From NCBI GenBank assembly GCA_053919585.1, contig CM132816.1: 64,000 nucleotides of DNA; one strand, given 5' to 3'. This stretch comes from Euprymna scolopes. Taxonomy: Eukaryota. Position numbers and translations under genes: made by a program. Positions 54,998 through 64,000 of this stretch are shown here, in pieces (position 1 is the first letter of the stretch; the number at the start of each line of letters is the position of its first letter). The notes under the pieces were generated by a model. That model saw only the letters and a list, made by a program, of their open reading frames with translations, had not been told where the DNA came from and ran no database searches.

Positions 54998-55285
54998 GTA
55001 TAAGTGAGGAAATGACGCTTACGATTTGCCGCTCGCTGCCAGAGGAGCAAACAAGAGTTGGCGAGGAATATATTGCCGTGGACTCCATGACACGGGCGCA
55101 TAAGGACGACATAGATCAACGAATATCCAGCAAACTGCACCTTACGCCCCATGTGATCCTTAAAATCTAGGGCAGCGGATCGAAAACGGGAAGGTTTGAA
55201 AAGAAAGAGAGGGAAGGTAGTAAAGACAAAGAGGTAGAGAGTCATATTAGTCGGGCTCCTCGCTCGACAAGATGGATAATAAAAA
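54993..55285 (+). mobile_element. RTE-type LINE 3' fragment between two (TA)n tracts
   Basis: RK*RLRFAARCQRSKQELARNILPWTP*HG resembles the RTE C-terminal motif RRLRFAGHCxRSxxE...LLWxPxHG. Confidence 0.75.
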
Positions 55286-55287
55286 AC

Positions 55288-55357
<70 letters not shown>

Positions 55358-55817
55358 TTTAAAGGCCATGATTTTTTAAGCATAAAACCGATGTTAGTGT
55401 TTGTATTTAATATTTTATTTTTATGTTTCACGCGATCCTCCGCTCTTGCTTACAAAATATTATCGAAAAGAAAATGAAAGACGGTTAGAAAAAAAAACAG
55501 GACATTTGTAGTATGGGCAGCCTTCATTCCTAGCAACAATGTTTGAAAGATACACGTGATTTTTTAGGTGATTGTGGGAGAATAATGTATTTTTTAATGT
55601 ATTTGTTATTTTTCCAAAACGTTGCAGCGTATTAACGTTTAATTCAAACGGCAAGAATGAGATAAATTTATTTCAATTTGTATAATGCAACGGAAACAAA
55701 ACTGTTGAACGGTAAAAATAATGTTATTAATTGTAATCATAATGATATTATAGTAAAGTATTAATAACAAAGGTGAAAAAATTTAAATTAATATTAAAGA
55801 ATTAAAAACGAGGATTA

Positions 55818-55913
55818 AAATTGTATCGGTCATGAAGGGATCCTCATTCTCTAGACCAGGGACAATAAAGGTTAAGTGCAATACTAGAAAAGATACGTAG
55901 TCTTGCCCCGAAA
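55818..55913 (-). mobile_element. Solitary degraded relative of the U2-headed unit
   Basis: Minus strand TTCGGGGCAAGA..GTATCTTTTC..TATTGCACTTAA followed by a TTGTCCCTGGTC...GACCGATACAATTTT hairpin, as in array units 3 and 6. Confidence 0.6.
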
Positions 55914-57706
55914 GTTAGTCTGTGCGTATTAATAATAATGAGAATATTTATGATAATAATAATATACACACATAACTTTATACATATTGTACATGTATTC
56001 AAAGACATGTGCAGATCCTGACACGCATATATACTCATATGCATGCATATACATGCATGCATACACATCCATATGCGCACATGAATACACATGCTGTTTA
56101 AAATACACACAAGCGGACACACATAAATACAAATGCATACACACACATACATATACAAATACATACGAATTGATCAAAACACATGAGCACGTAAGGCAGC
56201 ACAAAAATATGCACATCAACATGTATATGCATTACATGGACAGAAATATAGACACACATATACATATACATATATATATGTGTGCGTTTGTGTGTGTGTG
56301 TGTGTGTGTGTGTAGTACGTATAAATACGGTTTAGTAGTCACATATTACTCTATATAGTAATACACTAATACATTGTTATGTCCCTAAGTATGTTGTCAT
56401 CTTCCACCAATTCTAAAAACATGTGAACGCCCGTTCACCTCGTATGCACCTAAATATATGCCCCAGGGAAAAGTACGAAAGAATACTTCAAGCTGCACCT
56501 AATAATATATTGGATATGACAGCAGTGTCCCACTTTACGGTTGTTAGAATTCCAGAAATAGAGCACGTATATGTAAATGTTTCGAGTCGCTCATCTATAT
56601 AGCAATTGTCTTATGTGTAATATTCTTTATATGCATCTGTTTACGTTATATTAACGTTGACATACCGATTTTTGTTTAATGACTGGAGTTAAGTAAAGTT
56701 GAGTATAGTCAGTACCAGAGAGGTTACAATGTGAGAATGTTAAGCGCTGTATGTAGAAAGGAGTCAACATCTTCATGCAAAAATTGTAAAACATAATATC
56801 ATTATTTCTACTGATCTGGATATACCGACGACTGGGGATTCCTTGTGTATTAGATATTTCCGTGAAATTGTTTTGGTGGGGGAAGAAACAGGTAAACTTG
56901 ACAAGGATTAATGCCGCTCTATTTGGATTTTACGGAATTTCTCTGTGTATATTTCAAATGTTGATTAGCGTGATATGTAATATCCCATCTACAACATAAT
57001 TTTCAGTAACATTTGGGAAAGTGTGATGATTTGGGTAACTGTGCGGTAAATGATAACTACAAAAATATTAGTTAAAGACGAATGTAAATAATAACAAAAA
57101 CTCTAAAATTATGATGGAAGTCCGGGTAAATGTCATCTCTGATGAATATTTGCACCATTTATGTTTGATGTCTTGAAATGAAATCATGAATAACACCGGT
57201 GTTCGAAAAACGAGAGGAGGAATATAATTTTCTTGGGCTATCCAGTAAGGTTATCTACCCTTAATTTACCTGGTTTTACACTGGAGATGAACAAAAACGA
57301 ACTTTAATTATATTCGTAAGTGTTTTATCCTAAAGCGTAGTCTATCGTTTAATGTGATATATAAATCTACGGCATTCACTGGAGGCCCATAAGCCCTACA
57401 TACTCAATATTCCATATTATATTCACAAGCGAGTCAAGGTCATATGCATATCCCGTTTATGGCAGATGACAATCTTAGGTGTCTGCAATTCTTGCAACGT
57501 GGTTTCGAGGCCACCATACATTTGTCACGTTAAAATCTTAAATTGATTACAATCTTTTACTAACATGGCTAAAGGTTGCTTAAATTTGGTGATCTAACGA
57601 GAACAGGTGTGTCCACGTAGTTCTAACTTATAATAAGATGTATAAAGTTTACCATTTTTTACATTATTGGGAGGGTATAAGAAAAGGTATTAATGCGAAA
57701 TGGAGG

Positions 57707-57866
57707 NNNNNNNNNNNNNNNNNNNNNNNNNNNNNNNNNNNNNNNNNNNNNNNNNNNNNNNNNNNNNNNNNNNNNNNNNNNNNNNNNNNNNNNNNNNNNN
57801 NNNNNNNNNNNNNNNNNNNNNNNNNNNNNNNNNNNNNNNNNNNNNNNNNNNNNNNNNNNNNNNNNN
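57707..57866. other. Assembly gap (N run)
   Basis: N bases. Confidence 1.
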
Positions 57867-58954
57867 ACATGAACATCCTAGCATATTTGTGTGGGTAATA
57901 TTAAATTTTTCAGTTGAAATATTTTTCTGTGTATTAGCTTCGCCCACAATATTAAGTAGCTACCTCCACATCCGGAATACTCTCATCGTTTAGCCACTTG
58001 GATTAAAACAATTACTAATGGATGATTTAACTTATATTTTAAATCTAATCCATCAATATTTTCTTTTTAATGTCCGAAATTTTCAACTATCTTCGTCGAG
58101 CCTGGACTGTATTTGGAAACACTTTAATCTATCTATTTTATTATTTTTCTCAACTTTTATAAAAATTTGACTTCTCTGATAGTTGGTTGTTTTAAACAGA
58201 TGTGTGGACCAGTGACGTCAGAGCTTGCCTACGAATACTATTTTAGAAAACTATATTCCTCTGCCGGTAAGTATTATTTCTTGAACCTCTATGGAATAAA
58301 GATGTCTTAAATTTGTTACTTGTATCCGTCGTCGAATAATACAGACTTTAAATTAGATTCCCGTATATACATGCCTTATACGTATTACTGAGCTGTTTAT
58401 CATTGTTAGAATTCCCGTATGGATATTAATATTAATATTTATGATTGCTTTACATCATAAAGAATTATCCTGTTTGAAAATATGTTTTAATCTCTATGTA
58501 TGTGCGTAATAAAATGGAAACTTTTAAATGATATACTCGCTTTTCAAATAGAATTGACTTCCGACATCATGCTAAGCTGACCAAAGCTATATGCTAATTG
58601 TGTTCTTTTTCCAAGTAGCAAACGTATAATAGAATCATCATCTATATCGGTTTTATTTAGACGTTCTAAATGGTTCCATGTAGAAATGTTAATTTACAAG
58701 GGTGAATCTAAAACTGTCAGCACTGACATGATGTTATTCACCTACCATTGATAAAGGCCCTTCAACATTTTAAAACAAAGATTAAACATAACTAGAGGAA
58801 ACGATTGAGAAATATTTCGCCCGAACGTTGCACTCACTTACAGGATATTTTCTGTTATTTATCTTTTTACTTTAATACAACTACCAAACCGTGAAACCTA
58901 TATGAAAGAAAATTGCATTGTGGAATATTGGAGAAAACTTTTTAAATATCTGTA

Positions 58955-59014
<60 letters not shown>

Positions 59015-59194
59015 TTTATATATAAATTTTTCTGTCATGTATATAATTATCACTTTTAGCAATAATGTAGGTGTGAACAATATGTTTTTGTTGGACATGG
59101 TATGTAAGACCTCTGCATAATATATGAAATTTTTAAAAATCAACTGACTGCTAAAACGCTCTCCAGATGTTTTAATTCACACACACATACACCC

Positions 59195-59262
<68 letters not shown>

Positions 59263-59834
59263 ATGACAAATCTAAGTCGTAGTAAGTTTAAAATTAATAT
59301 CGTATCACGAAATATATTTGTCCATATTAATGTGCAAATTACTAAGTGTACTTTCAATATATACCGTTACTAAATTTCGCATCTATATAGATATGTACAT
59401 ACCTGTGTATTCAATATATACTTTTATATATATCTGGCTTCTAATCTATATTTGTACTCATACATTTATATGATCTTGATTTTCTGATGCATTAAAACTA
59501 TCCTAAGTTAAATATCAAATTTGTGGGAGATTGCTCACTGGTTCAAAATAATATGAATTAATTTAAAGTAAAATCTTTAATATGTGTATTTTAACATGGA
59601 TTGTAAATTATTATTTCTGTCATTTTTAGTTCAATATGTCGAGTATAGCGCGTATGCGGAAATATTATTAACATCAGCCGAAGTATAGCTAACTTGCGAA
59701 ATAGCAGAAGCAGCTGAAAATTATGTTTACAAAATAGCAAGTGGGCACGATCTTGCGTCACAAGAAAAGGAGAGAAAAATACACCACGTGATCAGGAGAA
59801 GAAGCAGAATTATGTATATTTCACGTTTTCTTGT

Positions 59835-60700
59835 TCTATTCCTTATTTTATTCTCAGGAAGAGTTTGATGTCCACAACGAACCTTGAAAATCAATTTGGT
59901 CTTTCCTATATATAATTTGAGCCCATATTGCATGTAAGCTCTTGGGCAGTTGTCTGCGACATCTGTAAGGCTAGAGTACACTTATAGTCGGGCGTGATTC
60001 CGGTGTAGTTTGTATGTGTTCTTGAGCTGAAGCGAGACATATTAAAAGACTGCATTTATTTTAGCATTTCACTTTTCTCGGCATCATCCTATCAACAAAT
60101 GCTACGGCGTAGAAAAACATTGCTAGCAGAATAAGAGCTGCTCATGCAGAATATTGAAACTATATAAAAGAGTATTGAGCAATAAAAGAAGTGGCGAAAT
60201 CTACCAAGCTCATGACCTACAAAGCGGTGGTAATCTAACCCTTGCTATATGTTTGTGAGACCCGAGTACTCTATAGAAGAGAACTGAAAGTGGTAAGATG
60301 TAATCACGAACACTGCTCATGGATGAAAAGCATAAAAGCCACAATAGTAAGACACCGTCTCCGCTGGCCTGCGCATCTTGTTCAAATGCCTGACAACCGC
60401 CTACCTTAGCAAGGTTTTTTTTTATTCAGAACATGCCATTAGTATCAGACCTAGCGTCGCACCAAAACGCCGTTTTTAAGATCAGCTGAAAAGTTCTCTT
60501 ATAACGACCGAAATTGAAAAAATATCATGAAAACACTGAAATCTTCGAAAAGAAAAGTAGACAAAAACAAGAAGCAAAACAGCCCGAAGAAAAGCTGGGG
60601 GTCAATAACCTGTAACCCCTCTCTTACCTGTGAAACTTGTGGTGGCGGTAGCCGCCTCTTCCCTGCACAAATGGAACTTGTTTAACATCGTAGGATTTTT
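59835..60700 (+). mobile_element. Decayed RTE (BovB-like) LINE with an inverted 5' segment
   Basis: Plus strand from ~60052: HFTFLGIILS, IASRIRAAHA, STKLMTYKAVVI, RLRWPAHLVQMPDNRLP and PKRRF*DQLK. Minus strand 60050-59835: LFNMSRFSSRTH and YGLKLYIGKTKLIFK. Confidence 0.8.
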
Positions 60701-61122
60701 AATAAGCCAGATGTATACTCGAATCCAGATTCTGTCAACGACGACGATATGTAAATATACACATATATTCATACACGTATGTACATTCATAAACTTATAT
60801 AATACATACGCGCGCACACATAAAAATGCATCAGTTATATCACGATCAGATCAACTCTTCTGTTTCAAGATTGTACATCTGCCCTCTCCTCATAACGTTA
60901 AGAGTTTTTTTTTCTCCCGAAATATCTGATTAATTCCAGCAACGATCAAGCCTATGAATGTTTCTCAAGAAAATAATTCTTATTATACCGACACAAACGT
61001 GACAATAATTCTGGAGCATTTTTTGATTGCTTCATTTTTGGTATTGGAGTTCCAAACGTTTCTTGTAATATATCAGTAATCAATGAAGTATTAGAAAATT
61101 AAATAATACGTTAGTTGTCATA

Positions 61123-62041
61123 GGAGGTGCCTTCAATAAGTTTCCAACATTTTACGTATGGATACTGGTATTGATAGTACACACCGGAAACTCTGTTTCC
61201 CTTCGAAGTAATAGCCGGCTGCACAGCACTTGTTGTACCGTTCCAACAACTTCTTGAAGGTCCCTGGATGCCCTCTTCTGTGAGTGTGTCGGGAAACCTC
61301 GCCATAGCCGCTTTAATCTCTTCAACTGCCTCATAACGACAACCTCTGAAGCTTTTCTTTGGCTTATGAGAAGGTAAAGTCACAGATAACAAGGTCTTGA
61401 CCGAAGGGAGATTGAGGCCTGCCTTTTTGCTCATCTTGGTCAAGTAGTCTGTGACAAGGATAGAATTGTGGAGTGGTGCCTTCGCGCAAATATTCTGCGT
61501 GAGCTGTCCCTCGTGAATAATTGTGTGTTCATTTTCCACACTGATATCAATCTGCATTTATTGTCTTTATAGACACACGACGCTCCTTATCCATGAATTT
61601 CTTTATTTCGCCAACCCACTCTAATGTACTGATTTCTTCACATCTCCCACACCTCTCATCATCCATCACAAACTCTTTACTTTCCATTGCATCTTTTATG
61701 CCATTCTAAAACTCAGGCTTGATACATGCAAGTTGGTCAAAAGGCAATCTGAAGCATTCTTTACGTGTTTGTGTCATTTTACCAAGTTTAAAACAAAATT
61801 TCATTTTATATTGTTCTTTTACACTGTCCTCAACTCCAGACTCTACTTTTTAAATTCACCAGCTGTTACAATCAGGATTGAAAAAGGTGTACTCTAAGTC
61901 CTGCTCTAGTACATATGAACTTTAAATCATAAAAGTTGATCAGCCAGTACATAAGATGTATAGCAATAGAATACTGAACTCTATAGAATCTAGGACAATT
62001 TCAGATGACTGTAAAAATGTTTGGAAACTTAAGGCACCTCG
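61123..62041 (-). mobile_element. Internally deleted, decayed mariner, same family as 23627-24518
   Basis: TIRs (TA)ggaggtgccttcaataagtttcca and tggaaacttaaggcacctcg. Peptides APLHNSILVTDYLTKM and FRGCRYEAVEEIKAAMARFPDTLT. Confidence 0.85.
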
Positions 62042-64000
62042 AAACTCACTTTAAATACAGCATCAAATATTTTACTAGGAGAATCGTATAAATGTAAAGA
62101 TTTGGACTGTTCTTCGTTTCATACCTGAAAGAATAAACTTCAATCATTTGTTAATGACGATTGCCATTTTTTCATAAGCATCTTCTCAAGAAAATACCTT
62201 ATGTTTGACGCAATCCTTTACCTATATAAGAACCATATTCATCTTAAGATCAAATACTGTTGTAATTTTAAGCAACACGGTGCTCAGAGCAAACTCTTCC
62301 TGCATTGACATAGTGCAGTCGTGTTGTTATTACGTTGGGAACAGCCGGATTACACCAAAAGTATTTGACAAGGTAGGAATTTTCTAGTTTCTTTTAACTG
62401 TATCTAAACTGAGATCTAATCGCTGATACCATTTCTGTACAACTCCCATCATATAACGCATTACACACGTTTATACACACGTAAACACGTAGAAACTATG
62501 GACCCAACGCGTTTTAGACCCAGTGACAAAGGTTGCAAAGAATAGGAAATAACTTCATCTCATTCTTCCAGATTTGAAGTAGAGATAAGTTTTGCTCATC
62601 CTCCAGCTACGCGTGATTTCTAGTTACAGCTCTTACGTCCACTATTCTCTAACGTTATCGTTAGTCTTTGTATATATTTTTTCTCGTCTACCTTTGTTTT
62701 CCTCACTTCAATCTATCTTCACACACGGCTTGGCATTTGCATAATCCGCCATGCGTTGTCCACGCTCTGTTACACAAGGCATCAGCCTGGAAACAACCCA
62801 CATGATAATTTCCCGTGCCTTCTCCTTTTTATACTAAAACCAAAAGGAATGTTCATTAACTAATTTTCTTCCTGGAAACTCTGGAACTAAATAAAACGCG
62901 GCTAATTTCTAACCATATATAACATGGTCATCTTCAAGTCTGATAAAAAAATGTACGTATTATAACGTCCTCTACGATAATCAATTAAACAATTCAACGA
63001 ATAGTTTACATCCTCATAGAAATGGGAATCCTTGTTCAACTGCCAATCGCTTTAATACTTATCAACGATTGAACCCGTGACTAGATTAGGTATGGCCTAT
63101 GAGTGAAAAGTGGAATTTTTAATTATTATTTTTATCGTCGCCGAGAATAAAGGCCAATATACTATTTAGTGTAAATTTCTTCCATCGTTTTTATTTGCTT
63201 ATTTCCCTTTTTATTCTGTATTCTTAAATTGCTCTTGTCTCACATTGGCCTCAAATATTATTGTATTATTTCGAGGGTTCGGTGTACGCTTTGTTGTAAC
63301 TATGACAAACCTATGACTAATGTAACACGTGCATCATCTCAGACTTGTGAACTCAGAAATTAGAACGGAAAGTTGATGTTATCTCCGTTTCGTCAGACCT
63401 ATACGGGTGGAATCTTAAATAATTATTAATTGCATTCTTACTATCTCCCACCGGGTTTTCTATCTTCGAATCTAGTTCGTTCAACAAAAATCACTTTCAC
63501 ATAGTTTGATGAGCAAATCCCCGTGGTTACTTCTGACATTTCTAGAAAAAAATCCAACAATTAAAATATCGGGAATCAAATGCTAACAGAAGAATATTCA
63601 TACGATTTATTTAAAATTAATTTGACCTCGAATAAGTTTAGAATCTTCAACAAATAGAACACATTTATAAAGGATTGAGTATTGCTTAAAACTTATATGC
63701 ATTAGCTGACACTATTCCAAATACTCAAAGTATACGAAATAATTAATTCGCATCTAAAGATTTATAAAAAAATATAAAATATCATAAATATTCACAAATT
63801 ATTTCTTTATTTTGTCCAAGTATTATTTTGTTTATGATGTTTTTTCCATATCATCGATAATAAAATATCGTTCTTCGTAAATTAATTGGTCTAATTTGGA
63901 CGGCCTCGAATATATATTTTTAAATAATCATCACAAAACTCATTAAATATTGAAGAATACAAAAGCAGGGGTATCTTTGTAATACTAAATAGTAAAATAT

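Noticed and set aside
54892-55431. 179-aa ORF and other YIYI/CVCV/poly-I/poly-L ORFs, plus ORFs spanning N runs
   Set aside because: These are translations of (TA)n, (TG)n, (TAA)n tracts or gaps, with no protein motifs.
56800-58500. Further Penelope RT/endonuclease relic around the third gap
   Set aside because: Motif hints are too weak to support by eye.

Overview
AT-rich eukaryotic DNA, probably from an invertebrate (inferred from composition and TE content), with three assembly gaps. I found no convincing host protein-coding gene. Most listed ORFs are microsatellite or low-complexity artefacts, or transposon fragments. The window is a transposon graveyard: four decayed Gypsy and one Copia LTR remnants (3.9-20.2 kb), five CR1/L2-group LINE pieces (one young copy nested in a Gypsy), two RTE-type LINE pieces, three mariner relics, four non-autonomous Helitron-like copies, and several Penelope-like relics with two well-formed hammerhead ribozymes (28547-28596 and 36945-37000, both minus strand). 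The most unusual feature is a minus-strand array at 49484-50669. It has one U2 snRNA-derived 5' head followed by six head-to-tail, hairpin-rich units of 166-208 bp with a conserved tail and different bodies. Four of the five internal junctions fall exactly at U2 GTGTAGT|ATCTGTTC, which from memory is the site used by U2-specific retrotransposons. This suggests a self-targeting, U2-headed SINE family that builds ordered arrays. All coordinates and alignments were done by eye.
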